Counted from the first letter of the stretch, positions 27,045 through 37,606 are shown. The stretch is DNA of 49,616 bases from a candidate division WOR-3 bacterium (GCA_965649055.1 CBFGJG010000011.1:1-49616); one strand, 5' to 3'. Made by a program: numbers and translations. The notes: generated by a model not told the origin, from the sequence alone.

Positions 27045-30000
27045 ATGAAAAGGTTTTTACTTCTTATTTTATTCATTTCAATCTTTGCATTTCCTTTTTC
27101 AACAGGAGATACACTAAGCTTCACAATAGGTAATACACAGATTATCGCAGTTATAGAAGGAATAAATGGTGATACAATAAAACTTGATGGTAATGTTCAG
27201 AATATAAATTTTGGTGAGATAAGGGTTGACGACTTAAAGATTTCGTTCTCAAACTTTGTTCAGGGAAATCTCCTTGTTTACTCATATGGTTCTGTATCCT
27301 ATCTTGGTCCAAATCCACTTGTAATTGGTGGAGTGAATGTTTACAATATCCAATGCCATCTTGACAACACAGGTTTCTGGGCAACAGGTGATATTGATGT
27401 TAATGGTGAATATCTAACAATTTATTTCTATTACGGAACAGATGGATTCATATATGGTGAAGCAACATTCCCAACAATAGAGATAGCTGGACTTACAATA
27501 AGCAACCTAAATATCACACTTTCAACAAACGGGATAACCGGTGGTGGCTATTTTGATTATTATGGGAATAACCTTTATGTAAATCTTGCTGTTGATACAA
27601 ACAAAAATGTCTATCTATATATAGATAAATGTAATATAACAGTTGGTGATGTTTCTATATATGATTTCAACGGAATTTTCACACCATATGGATTGAGTGG
27701 CTCAGGAACAATTATTATACAGGGAAACTATCTTACCTTTAATTTTGCCCTTGATGGTTCAAGTTATAATATAAACATAACTGATGGTTTTTTGAATATT
27801 CACAATGTAAATATATATGATATTTCAGGAACTATAAACAACTCTGGATTTTCAGGCTCTGGAACAATACACTATCTTGATGCTATAATACATCTATCTT
27901 TCTATTCAATCGGAGGAGAAATTCAGATATCTGTGACTGATTCAGAGATTTTGTTATCAAATATATTAATACAGAATCTCAACCTGACATTCAATTCTAA
28001 CAATGGTCTTTCAGGCTCTGGAAAGGTTTATATAAACAATATTGTCTATCCAGTAAATGGATTAATCACTGTTTACTTCTCAACAGATTTAAATGGTTAT
28101 ATCTCCTGTGGTATATCAAATGGTTATCTTATGTTGAATAATGGTTATATAATAGAGAACCTTTCTGCATTCATTGATAATAATGGCTTCTGGGGTAATG
28201 GAACATTCTTTGATGGTGAGAATGATGTCTCCGTTTATTTCAGGTCAAATGTGAATGGTGAAATATACTGGTACATCTACGGAAACTCTATAACTATCGG
28301 AAATATTATTCTACATCATTACTATGTTGATATAAATGGAAATGCCTATGCATGGTGGATTATATCACCGGAAGATTCAATTTTCTTTTCTATTTCACAA
28401 AATCATCAATCTGCAACAATTGTTTATCCTTGCACGCTAAATTTAGGTGGTGTTAAAGTTTATAATGTGACAGGAACAATTTATAATGACCCTGATTTTG
28501 CATTTGAAGGAACAGGTTTTATAAAAATAGGTGATGGCGATTTCTCTTTAACTATACCAATTATGATTACATCAAATTCATATGGTAAACTTGAAGGAAG
28601 ATACAATGGAACTATAACATTACATAATCCAGAATATATTATTGTTAATATTTATGGTGTTGAGATAACGATAACAGAGGATGGAATTGTAGGTAAAGGT
28701 CATCTGTTAATCGAAGGTATTGAAGCAGATGTATTTTTCACTGTAAATGCTAATGGTGCCTTATACGCCAATATTCAGAATGGATTTATCGACATGGGAT
28801 ACTTCAGGTTAGAAGATATTTATATAAATACATCACCATTTGAAGCAGCTGGTTTTATTTACATACCATCTCTTTCAGGTGGTATTGCATTTGAACTTGT
28901 TCCTGATGGTGATGGTGATTTAATTCTAAATATCCCTGGCTTTGAGTTCACAATAAATGGATTCACGGTCTCAGGAAGTTTCCATTATGAAGATTCATCC
29001 CTTGTTATAACTGGAAGTATTTTGATACCAAATGGTGGATATGGAAGTGTTGATTATCTGAAAATCAGTGAAAATGGTGTTGATACAGCGCATATAACAT
29101 TATCAAATATATCTGTATCAGGTTATACATTGATAAACGCAACAGGGATTTTATCCAACAATCCAAAAAGTTTAATCATTTCAGGTTCATTTGATTTATC
29201 AACAACAGGGATTATTGACACAGTTTATTTCTCAGGGCTCGTTATTCTACCTGATGGTAAGATTGCATCTTGTTCAGGTATAGGTTTAACAGGTGTACAT
29301 ATTGCAGGTTTTGAATTCTCAGGTTATCTGGGAATAAAAGATAATTATATTGTTATATACAATGCAAGTGCAAACCTGACATCTGTTGGTGCAGGGATTA
29401 TTTCTATAAACAACCTTATTTTTGACAGGGAAGGCAATTTTATTTCTGTATCTTCTTTCGGAATTGATAATATCAATGTAGGTATTTTTCACGGTGGTGG
29501 ATGGGCTTTCTTTGTGCCTGAAGGAGTAGAACTCTCAGGAAAAGTAATTGTTGATAACATCGGTTATTTTAGTGCCATAGGATTGCTGATTGACAATAAT
29601 GGAAATGTTATATCACTAAAAAAAGGTGAGGCAAATATAACAATAGGTGAATATGGTTTTTATGGTGCAGTTGGGATTCCATCTTCTGACAGGATTTACA
29701 TTGCGGGTTCAATCACATTACCAGAATTCATAAATGGTTCGGCAGGTGGAAGCATATTATTACAAAGGGTTCAAGATGGTCAGGGTATACTTGGTCTTGG
29801 ATACAATGTCCTTGCAGGTTCTCTGAGTATACCTTCATTTGATATATCAGGCTATCAATTTGGTGGCGGTTCATTTGCATTTGATTCTGCTGGTATAAAA
29901 GGTAATGCGACAATATATATACCAAACTTTGCAGGATTTGAATTAACATTCTTTGTTGAATGGGATGGAACTTTCCACTACGCAGAAATATTTGCTTCCG

Positions 30001-32561
30001 GTCTTAATATACCTATAGGTTCAACAGGTTTACTTTTAACAGGTGCAGGTGGTGGTCTTTACTACTTTGGTGATTACAATATCTGGGAAGTTATGTTGAC
30101 CGGTGAAATAAAAGATGCAACACACACACTTTCTTTAATAGCAACGATTGAAGTGAATACTGCTGGTGTTATTTCAGGTGTTGGACACCTTGGAATTTAT
30201 GGGTATGTATTTGGTTCAGCAGGTTTCGGTATAGATGTTCCAAATGATTCTTTAACTGCATCTGCATGGATTGGCGAGGACCCGAACGAAGGTATTGAAT
30301 ACTGGGGTTGTCAGATTGTTGGGTGCGCAAGTGTATATTACAACTGGGCAAATGTTGAAGCAAGAGGTTTAGGAAATCTTGATATATCAATCTGGTTCAT
30401 ACAGCTTGGTGCTGATATGGGATTTGCATACAATACTAATTTCCCATATGTTTACGGTCCTTACTATATGGAAAGATTATATAACCATGGTGTAGGTGCA
30501 GCAGGTATACTGAACAATTATCTTTACGGTGTAAATGTCCAGTGGAACGGAAATGGATTCGATTGGGATACATGGAGTGGTTCGCTCGGTTCTTCACCAG
30601 GTAATGCACCTTATGAAAAGGATATTCTAATACTTGGTCCATACCCTGACGAAGGAATAAATTTTGATTATGTTGGTGGTGAAGAATACATTTTACCTTA
30701 TGATAGTTACGAAGCAGTTGGCGGAAAGGTTTGGTTTGGTGCTCAGGGTGATGAAACCGGATATGTTAATTTGATTCCTTATTTTCCTTACACCACAAAT
30801 GGTGTTTCATATGCGAATCTTTATGTTCATTACAATGATACTACACCAGCATATTTAAAATTAGGTATCGCAGGTGAATACAAGATTTTCCTGAATGGTT
30901 CATTCATATACAATGGTTCTAATGTTTACGCACAGCCAGACCAGCACACAATCTCAATCCCTCTTCAGAATGGCTGGAATAGATTGATGTTAAAGATAAG
31001 GAAGATAAGTTCAAACTGGGGTTTCTATTTAAGAATAACAGATGCACAAGGTAATAAGATTCCTCTCCTAACAACACAACCAGATGCACCTGATGAAGAC
31101 TTCTTACTCCATGATAGATGTTATACTTTCAGGTCTTTCCACTGGCAGAAAATAGGAAATGTTTATATAACAAATGGAACTATGGCAATTGCTGCGAATG
31201 GCGGAAAACTTTATCAAAATACTGTAAGGGAAAAAAGAACATACGAAAGGAACGATTATCCTACGATTAAGTGTGAATTTAAGTTAACCGGTGTTTCTTT
31301 GAATGACTCTACAATAATTGCTGTTGATGGATACGATGACCAGGGAAATTATCAGTTATTTGGAGTTCTGTACTATTATGAGCAGAAAAAAGATGGGAAT
31401 ACTGTCCTTGTTGGGAAATCAAAAGATAAAACTTTTGATATAAATGTTGGCGAGTGGTATACACAGGAACTTATATTCACACCTGAAAATATAGAATGTT
31501 ATATTTACAGGGCTGGTGAGACAAGGCCTGTATTCCCGATATTTGTTGATACAAATTCCTATAACTGGAATCCTTCATTCTTTGCGACTGCGGGTGGTAG
31601 TGATAATATACTTTATCTTGATAATATAGTTGTTAAAAAGACCTGGGAAAATGATTATTCATTCAATATTGAATCACCCCATCCATACCCAAACAACGCA
31701 AATCTTGAATGGGAGATTTACAGGAAAGATGCAACAGGTTTAAGATTCCATTTTGAGAATCTCGTTCTTGAACCATATTACGATTCCTTAATCATAATGG
31801 ATGGAAATGGTATAGTATGGCAGGTTTTGAATGGAAATGTCGGAAGGACAACATCAGTAAAGGTTCCCGGAAAATATGCAAAAATTTTATTAAGGAGCGA
31901 TAACTCCAATAATTACTATGGATTTAAGATTGATTTCGCACAGAAACTCAAAGAATATCCTGTTTATATCTCCGAAGTTTCAAACATAAGCACACCACAT
32001 CCATATCAAAACAATATGAATGTCATATACACGATATCCAGACCAAATGCAAGGGCTATAAAAATATGTTTCTCGAATTTCCAGGTAGAAAAAAATCATG
32101 ATTATGTTTACCTCTATGACAAAAACAATGTTCTATATGCAACATACACAGGTGACCTTGGAAATTTTGAATCTGTTGCAATACCAGGTGATATTGTTTA
32201 TGTCAGATTTGTTTCTGATAATGCAATAAATGGATATGGTTTTGATATAAAGAAGTTTGAATATATAGGTGAAGATTGGACGGATGTTGATGTTCCTGTG
32301 GTTAGAAAAGATTATATAAAACCAATAATAAATATTTCTGATGATGAAATAAAATTTGAATTTGGTCTGAAGGAGAAAAAAGACATAAATATAATGCTTA
32401 TTGATATTGCCGGAAGGGTTTTAAGACAAGAAATTATAAGAGATGTCTCAGGTATAATTAAAAAGAATATAAAGATAGATGACCTGCCAAAAGGAACTTA
32501 TTTTGTTCTTTTCAGGATAGACAGAGAGATTTTCAGGGAAAAAATTGTAAAAATAAAATAG
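27045..32561 (+). CDS. Giant secreted beta-rich protein with two CUB-like domains and a T9SS-type CTD
   Basis: Signal peptide. About 1150 aa of Gly/Ile/Asn-rich beta repeats, a jelly-roll module (LQNGWNRLMLKI..WGFYLRITD), two CUB-like repeats (SPHPYPNN..F..LE..YD..SD.S...YGF), and CTD DIAGRVL..LPKGTYF..KIVK. Confidence 0.8.
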   Translation: MKRFLLLILFISIFAFPFSTGDTLSFTIGNTQIIAVIEGINGDTIKLDGNVQNINFGEIRVDDLKISFSNFVQGNLLVYSYGSVSYLGPNPLVIGGVNVYNIQCHLDNTGFWATGDIDVNGEYLTIYFYYGTDGFIYGEATFPTIEIAGLTISNLNITLSTNGITGGGYFDYYGNNLYVNLAVDTNKNVYLYIDKCNITVGDVSIYDFNGIFTPYGLSGSGTIIIQGNYLTFNFALDGSSYNINITDGFLNIHNVNIYDISGTINNSGFSGSGTIHYLDAIIHLSFYSIGGEIQISVTDSEILLSNILIQNLNLTFNSNNGLSGSGKVYINNIVYPVNGLITVYFSTDLNGYISCGISNGYLMLNNGYIIENLSAFIDNNGFWGNGTFFDGENDVSVYFRSNVNGEIYWYIYGNSITIGNIILHHYYVDINGNAYAWWIISPEDSIFFSISQNHQSATIVYPCTLNLGGVKVYNVTGTIYNDPDFAFEGTGFIKIGDGDFSLTIPIMITSNSYGKLEGRYNGTITLHNPEYIIVNIYGVEITITEDGIVGKGHLLIEGIEADVFFTVNANGALYANIQNGFIDMGYFRLEDIYINTSPFEAAGFIYIPSLSGGIAFELVPDGDGDLILNIPGFEFTINGFTVSGSFHYEDSSLVITGSILIPNGGYGSVDYLKISENGVDTAHITLSNISVSGYTLINATGILSNNPKSLIISGSFDLSTTGIIDTVYFSGLVILPDGKIASCSGIGLTGVHIAGFEFSGYLGIKDNYIVIYNASANLTSVGAGIISINNLIFDREGNFISVSSFGIDNINVGIFHGGGWAFFVPEGVELSGKVIVDNIGYFSAIGLLIDNNGNVISLKKGEANITIGEYGFYGAVGIPSSDRIYIAGSITLPEFINGSAGGSILLQRVQDGQGILGLGYNVLAGSLSIPSFDISGYQFGGGSFAFDSAGIKGNATIYIPNFAGFELTFFVEWDGTFHYAEIFASGLNIPIGSTGLLLTGAGGGLYYFGDYNIWEVMLTGEIKDATHTLSLIATIEVNTAGVISGVGHLGIYGYVFGSAGFGIDVPNDSLTASAWIGEDPNEGIEYWGCQIVGCASVYYNWANVEARGLGNLDISIWFIQLGADMGFAYNTNFPYVYGPYYMERLYNHGVGAAGILNNYLYGVNVQWNGNGFDWDTWSGSLGSSPGNAPYEKDILILGPYPDEGINFDYVGGEEYILPYDSYEAVGGKVWFGAQGDETGYVNLIPYFPYTTNGVSYANLYVHYNDTTPAYLKLGIAGEYKIFLNGSFIYNGSNVYAQPDQHTISIPLQNGWNRLMLKIRKISSNWGFYLRITDAQGNKIPLLTTQPDAPDEDFLLHDRCYTFRSFHWQKIGNVYITNGTMAIAANGGKLYQNTVREKRTYERNDYPTIKCEFKLTGVSLNDSTIIAVDGYDDQGNYQLFGVLYYYEQKKDGNTVLVGKSKDKTFDINVGEWYTQELIFTPENIECYIYRAGETRPVFPIFVDTNSYNWNPSFFATAGGSDNILYLDNIVVKKTWENDYSFNIESPHPYPNNANLEWEIYRKDATGLRFHFENLVLEPYYDSLIIMDGNGIVWQVLNGNVGRTTSVKVPGKYAKILLRSDNSNNYYGFKIDFAQKLKEYPVYISEVSNISTPHPYQNNMNVIYTISRPNARAIKICFSNFQVEKNHDYVYLYDKNNVLYATYTGDLGNFESVAIPGDIVYVRFVSDNAINGYGFDIKKFEYIGEDWTDVDVPVVRKDYIKPIINISDDEIKFEFGLKEKKDINIMLIDIAGRVLRQEIIRDVSGIIKKNIKIDDLPKGTYFVLFRIDREIFREKIVKIK

Positions 32562-32573
32562 GAGGTGAATTAA

Positions 32574-33179
32574 ATGAAAAAGGTTCTTTTAACTATTCTT
32601 CTCTCATTAATTCTTAATGCTTTTGAGGTATACGATTTTTACTCCATTGGCAAAACAGGAGAGTTTAAGTTTATTTTAAAAAAATATGAGGAAGATAAAT
32701 TAGTTCAAACCGACAGCTTTACTATAATAGTATCAAATGTTGAAGATGGAAGACTAATACAGTTAAAAAAGAAAGGAAAGATAGATGTTGAGTTTGTTGT
32801 TGATCAGTATAATATTCCTGTTGCCGGATACGCGTTCATTAAAGATAAGAGAATTAAGATTAAGGATGAAAATATAAAAAGAAGGAACGAAACAAAGTTA
32901 ATCTCAAAGAAAGATGCAACGATTGAAATAAACGGTAAAAAATATTCTGCTACAAAATATACCTATAAAGAAGAATCATCACATTCACTTGCGAATGGTA
33001 ATCTATTCCTTTTAACAGAGATAGAAACAACTTATGAAATATACAAAGACATTCATGGAATACCCATAAAGATAGAAGAGACCAAAATAATAAAAGAGAA
33101 AACAAAAAACATTTTAGAACCAAAAAAGATAATTAAGGAAACAAAAAAGTTTCTGAAGGAAATAGTTGAAATAGAATAA
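32574..33179 (+). CDS. Exported hypothetical protein
   Basis: GGAGG Shine-Dalgarno, signal peptide ending LNA, co-operonic with the giant protein. Confidence 0.65.
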   Translation: MKKVLLTILLSLILNAFEVYDFYSIGKTGEFKFILKKYEEDKLVQTDSFTIIVSNVEDGRLIQLKKKGKIDVEFVVDQYNIPVAGYAFIKDKRIKIKDENIKRRNETKLISKKDATIEINGKKYSATKYTYKEESSHSLANGNLFLLTEIETTYEIYKDIHGIPIKIEETKIIKEKTKNILEPKKIIKETKKFLKEIVEIE

Positions 33180-33278
33180 TACTGAAAGTGTTAGATTTAT
33201 TTAAATATTTATTATAAATTAAATTATAAATTTTATATTTTTATATTGTTAAAACCAATGATTAAAGGTAAAAGTTTT

Positions 33279-33308
33279 AAAAATGTCAAATGTCAAGACC
33301 TGACACCA
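33279..33308 (-). repeat. End motif A copy overlapping the lipS1 stop codon
   Basis: Reverse complement reads TGGTGTCAGGTCTTGACATTTGACATTTTT and encodes VSGLDI-stop. Confidence 0.9.
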
Positions 33309-34170
33309 CGGAACAGCAGGTGTAATTTTTAATTATTTCAATTCCATTTTTCTTCGCAAAATTCAAACATTTTTCTGATGGTATTGCTACTCTGTCTATA
33401 AGTCCTAAATTTAATAGCCTCTCTTCAAGTTCAAACCTGTATTTCCCTCTTGGTTTTGCACAACCCAATGAGATTATTTTAAACTTTTCTTTAGCCTTAT
33501 AAAATAAATCTATAACTTCATCAATGGGTGGTGGTTCAACTTTTAAAAATTTGGGCATAACTACAACCATAACAACAATCTCGGGATTGTATCTTTCAAG
33601 TATCTTTATTGCTTCATACTCACCTTTTATCTTTCCCCAATGGATTCCAACAACAATATGTGGAACGATCTGAGGGCCAAATGTAAACAGGTTATCAAGT
33701 GTTTCAAGATAACTTCTGTAATCTTCTAAATTGTATATTTCCTTTAATGTTTCCTCATCTCCTATTATATCTATCAATCCCTGTTTAAAATTTGCATCTT
33801 TTAATCCTTTTGAAACTTCTTTACTGACATTCATCCCGGTATGTGCTGTTAAATATAAGGGAGTATGAAATTCTTTAAGAAAAGGAAGGAATCTTTCCCA
33901 GGGTAATCTGCCATATTTATCGCATCCACCACTTATCAATGCACCTATATTCTCCTTTTCTATTTTTTTAAGTGTATCTATTAAAATCTCTGTTTCTGAA
34001 CAATCTATCATATTCTGTAGTAAAGAACCTTTACAGTGAAGACACATAAGTTCACAATTTTTCCCAGTTATTGAAATAGCAGGATATCTGCCTATCTCAT
34101 TATTACAATGTATCATTCCCGGGTAAAAGCAATCCAGGACTTTTCCACTGCTTCCTTCAGGTTTCCCCAA
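33286..34170 (-). CDS. lipS1: Radical SAM lipoyl synthase subunit, LipS1-type (Thermococcus nomenclature)
   Basis: SITGKNCELMCLHC (CxxxCxxC), LISGG, VPHIVVG, LGCAKP (GC(M/A)R-like) and a C-terminal TCCS. Start uncertain because of a 58-bp overlap with the upstream gene. Confidence 0.75.
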   Translation of the reverse strand: MGKPEGSSGKVLDCFYPGMIHCNNEIGRYPAISITGKNCELMCLHCKGSLLQNMIDCSETEILIDTLKKIEKENIGALISGGCDKYGRLPWERFLPFLKEFHTPLYLTAHTGMNVSKEVSKGLKDANFKQGLIDIIGDEETLKEIYNLEDYRSYLETLDNLFTFGPQIVPHIVVGIHWGKIKGEYEAIKILERYNPEIVVMVVVMPKFLKVEPPPIDEVIDLFYKAKEKFKIISLGCAKPRGKYRFELEERLLNLGLIDRVAIPSEKCLNFAKKNGIEIIKNYTCCSVVSGLDI

Positions 34171-35066
34171 TTCTCCTCCATTATTTTTCTTCTATAAAGC
34201 CTTCTTTCAAAAAATCTACCATAAATTTTTTTTATTTTTGCCTCATAATCAGAATACCTTATTATTCCTTTTATTAAATCAGAAGAAAGTTTACCGGTAT
34301 CCCATGCATAAATTATTCCTGCACCTGTTATTGGATCAACAAAACCACCTGCATCACCAATTAGTAGTATATTATCTTTTAATACTGCACTAAATCCTGA
34401 AACAGGGATAAGACCACAGGACCATAATATAATATCACCATAAATAAAACCCATTTTTTTTAAATATTCAATCCATTCATTTAAAGGCTTCCTCATATCT
34501 CCTATCATTCCAATCCCTACGTTACAGACTTCACCCTTCGGGAAACACCATGCATAACCATATTTTATATCTTCTTTAAAGAAAATTATAGTATCTTGAA
34601 AATGTTTCCTTGATTTAATCTTAAGATTCAAAGCAGGTAATGTCTTCATATCATATCCAAAAGATTTTCTAACAACTGAATCAGGTCCATCAGCACCTAT
34701 AATCCACTCTGCCTTGTATTGATTTTTATCTGTTATAACAATATTTCTTTCTATCATTTTTACCTTTTCACCAAGATGAACCTCGCAACTTAAAGATTTA
34801 AGAATATTACCCTGCCATCTTTCCCTGTCTATTATCTTTCCTTTGAATGGCCTGATTATCTCACCACCAGGATAAATCGTTATCATATTTTCTGTTTTTA
34901 TAATCGTTTCAGCATTAAAATCCAAAGGGACCCATTCACCGCACGGAATCCTCTTATATGGATTCTTCTTCTTTTCAATCAAAAGAACCTCTAAATCCTT
35001 TAGATTCAGTGCACAGGAAAGACCTGCAGGACCTGCACCAACAATTATTACATCGTATAATTCCAC
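34113..35066 (-). CDS. lipT: FAD-dependent oxidoreductase, geranylgeranyl-reductase family (LipT-like by context)
   Basis: VGAGPAG, PCGE, IGADG, YAWCFPK, LIGDAGG..DPITGAGI. Located between lipS2 and lipS1. Confidence 0.7.
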   Translation of the reverse strand: MELYDVIIVGAGPAGLSCALNLKDLEVLLIEKKKNPYKRIPCGEWVPLDFNAETIIKTENMITIYPGGEIIRPFKGKIIDRERWQGNILKSLSCEVHLGEKVKMIERNIVITDKNQYKAEWIIGADGPDSVVRKSFGYDMKTLPALNLKIKSRKHFQDTIIFFKEDIKYGYAWCFPKGEVCNVGIGMIGDMRKPLNEWIEYLKKMGFIYGDIILWSCGLIPVSGFSAVLKDNILLIGDAGGFVDPITGAGIIYAWDTGKLSSDLIKGIIRYSDYEAKIKKIYGRFFERRLYRRKIMEENWGNLKEAVEKSWIAFTRE

Positions 35067-36070
35067 AATTCTTCCATTATTTTATCTAAGTCTTCTTTTT
35101 CCGGTAGAACAGGAAAATTTCTCAATTCTTCCGATGGTCTTTCATTTGCAAATGGTCTATTACAGGCAACTTTACCATCTTTTCCGGTGCATCCGGAAGT
35201 CATAAATGGCTCTCCTTTATGAACAAAATCTTCTATCCTTAATCCAAAATCCAAAACCCTTCCTTTTTCATCAAATTTCATCTTTTCTATTCTTGTAATA
35301 TCATTATCTATTAAATATCTTCCCAATTGTATTCTTCTGTATTTCGGGATAGATGGCCTTATGTGGTTTTGCAGTAATGAAAATTCTTCGGGGAAGAATG
35401 AGAAAAGATGTGTTTCACCACCTATATCTTTAATATCCTGTATTGCCCTTAACATCTCAAATTCTGTTTCTCCAAGACCCACTATAAAATGGCTTCCAAC
35501 ATTCCCTTTACCAAAATATCTTATTCCTTCATTGAAACATTCCCAGTATCTTTCCCATTTATGTGGACCATTCACACCTTTTCCTCTGAATTTCTCAAAG
35601 ATTTCTTCGGTTGCTGCATCTATTGCTATCCCTACCTTATCAGCACCTGCATCTTTGAATATTCTAAAATCATCTTCTATAACAACAGTAGGTGATATTA
35701 AAAGGGATATGGGGACATCCGATTCCTTTCTTATATTTTTTGTGATTTCAATCGTATCATCAACTGCTTTTCTTCTTGTTATCATAGATATACAGACCCT
35801 TTTTACTTCCTTATTTTTCTTAATCCTTTCAATAATCTCTTCTGTTTTATATAAAGGCCAAGAAACCCTTATAAATGATTTTTCTTCGTATTCACCCGGT
35901 CTTACTTTTGAAAGACCACAATAAGCACAATTGGCTGTGCATCCATCTTTATAGGTTATAAGTAAGTTTACACAGTATAGTTTTGCATCCCTTAAAAATT
36001 TACCATTTTTAAAACCAAGTGTTATAGAAGCGGCAAGGCTTGTCCTTAAATATTCAGGACTTTCCATCAT
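35048..36070 (-). CDS. lipS2: Radical SAM lipoyl synthase subunit, LipS2-type
   Basis: GCTANCAYC, RVSWP, HFIVGLGETE, and TSGC(x7)ACNRP resembling the TxGCPxC(N/D)RP motif. Confidence 0.78.
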   Translation of the reverse strand: MMESPEYLRTSLAASITLGFKNGKFLRDAKLYCVNLLITYKDGCTANCAYCGLSKVRPGEYEEKSFIRVSWPLYKTEEIIERIKKNKEVKRVCISMITRRKAVDDTIEITKNIRKESDVPISLLISPTVVIEDDFRIFKDAGADKVGIAIDAATEEIFEKFRGKGVNGPHKWERYWECFNEGIRYFGKGNVGSHFIVGLGETEFEMLRAIQDIKDIGGETHLFSFFPEEFSLLQNHIRPSIPKYRRIQLGRYLIDNDITRIEKMKFDEKGRVLDFGLRIEDFVHKGEPFMTSGCTGKDGKVACNRPFANERPSEELRNFPVLPEKEDLDKIMEELWNYTM

Positions 36071-36078
36071 TTCTCCTT

Positions 36079-37530
36079 TCAGATTTTAAATCTATTTCCA
36101 CCCTGTCTTTTAGCAGCATAACATTTTTTATCAGCAGAACTTATTAATTCGTCAAGGGTTTTCCCATCAACATTTAAAAAACTAATTCCTATAGAAACAC
36201 CGAGTGATTTAAGCCCTTTTATTTTTCTAACATTATTAATAATTTTCATAGCCTTTTCTTTAACATCATTTTTATCATCAAAAATAAAACCACATACAAA
36301 TTCATCTCCACCATATCTTCCACAGATCCCATTTTTAAATTTTATAAATATGCTTCCGAATTTTTTTAACACCATATCACCTTTAAGATGACCGTATTTA
36401 TCATTAAATTTCTTAAAATTATCAATATCAATAAAGAAAAGACAAAAATTATTCTTTTCATGATTACATCTTTCAATTGTCTTTTCAATCTCCTCCTCTA
36501 ATGTCCTTCTATTAAGAAGACCTGTTAATGAATCTAACCTTGATAATCTTCTTGTTTCTTCAAAAAGTCTTTTGTTTTCTATAGAGATAGCAATTAATGC
36601 AGCAAATGATTCTATAAGATTCCTTGTTGTCTCAGGGAAATCATCAATTTTTTTACTTTCAATATCAATTACACCAATCATTTTATCTTTTATCTTTAAT
36701 GGAACCACAAATTCTGATTTTACCCCATCAATACCTGCATAATAATTCGGGTCCTTTGATGTATCCGCACAATAATATGGAAGTCCGCTATGAACAACAT
36801 AATTTATTATGCTCTTTTTATCAAGAGAAAATTTAAATCCCTTCATATCTCTGTGCTCTTCCACAGTATATTCAAGAATCGCAAATTTTCTATCCTTACT
36901 CAGTAAAAATATTGCAATTATTTCATAACCGAATTTATTTCTTATCTCTTCGAATAGTCTCATAATGAATCTTTCAGTATCCATCTCTTCTATCATAACC
37001 TTTGATATCTCATAGGATATTTTTAAATCTGATATCAATTTATTCAGAATCCCCATAACATTTACCTCTGAAATAATCCTTGAGAAGATTATTGATAATG
37101 CTTTAAGATTACTAATCTCCTCATTAGAAAAATCTTTTTTACCTATAAATAGTATTCCAAAAACAGAACCCTTTAAACTGAATGGAAGAATAAGTATCTT
37201 GGAAAAAATTATATTTTCATCAAATAGTTCCTCTTTTTTTATCTCTTCACTTCTATATATTAAAACTTCCTTATTTCTTATGACTTCTAAGATAATCCTT
37301 GAATCTAATTTTACCCCCTTTTCCCTCTGAATGAATTGTTCCTTATCAGGATAAAATTCATATACAATCTTATTTGGATTGTTTTTTAAAGGTAAAAAAA
37401 TCAAAAATTCAGGTTCAAATAGTTTAGATATCAGCAAGAAAACTTCCTTTATAACCTCATGTTGAGTATTCAAAAAGTGAATCTTATCAAAGTAATCAGC
37501 AATTATCTTTAAAACTTCTCTCGATTCCAT
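36079..37530 (-). CDS. GAF-GAF-GGDEF diguanylate cyclase
   Basis: DSLTGLLNRR, DIDNFKKFNDKYGHLKGD, RYGGDEF. GAF domain with SEFVVPL..IGVIDIES. Confidence 0.92.
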   Translation of the reverse strand: MESREVLKIIADYFDKIHFLNTQHEVIKEVFLLISKLFEPEFLIFLPLKNNPNKIVYEFYPDKEQFIQREKGVKLDSRIILEVIRNKEVLIYRSEEIKKEELFDENIIFSKILILPFSLKGSVFGILFIGKKDFSNEEISNLKALSIIFSRIISEVNVMGILNKLISDLKISYEISKVMIEEMDTERFIMRLFEEIRNKFGYEIIAIFLLSKDRKFAILEYTVEEHRDMKGFKFSLDKKSIINYVVHSGLPYYCADTSKDPNYYAGIDGVKSEFVVPLKIKDKMIGVIDIESKKIDDFPETTRNLIESFAALIAISIENKRLFEETRRLSRLDSLTGLLNRRTLEEEIEKTIERCNHEKNNFCLFFIDIDNFKKFNDKYGHLKGDMVLKKFGSIFIKFKNGICGRYGGDEFVCGFIFDDKNDVKEKAMKIINNVRKIKGLKSLGVSIGISFLNVDGKTLDELISSADKKCYAAKRQGGNRFKI

Positions 37531-37536
37531 ATTTTT

Positions 37537-37564
37537 ATAATAGATAAATTTTTAAATTTTTCAA
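37537..37564 (-). promoter_or_regulatory. Promoter TTGAAA-N16-TATTAT, 6 nt before the ATG (leaderless)
   Basis: Minus strand. No Shine-Dalgarno before the ATG at 37530. Confidence 0.6.
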
Positions 37565-37580
37565 GTTTTTTTAGATAACC

Positions 37581-37603
37581 GGGGTCAGTCTTCTCATTTC
37601 TCA
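37581..37603 (+). repeat. End motif C, copy 1 (GGGGTCAGTCTTCTCATTTCTCA)
   Basis: 22-bp exact reverse-complement match to 47250-47271. Confidence 0.85.
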
Positions 37604-37606
37604 TTA

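Noticed and set aside
35361..35924. Long antisense ORFs (also 44448-44927, 47919-48305 and the other short nested ORFs)
   Set aside because: They are shadows of well-supported genes on the other strand or frame and show no independent motifs.
33286..36070. Biotin synthase (bioB) or archaeal lipid reductase annotation
   Set aside because: The Cys motifs and the three-gene arrangement fit LipS1/LipT/LipS2 better.
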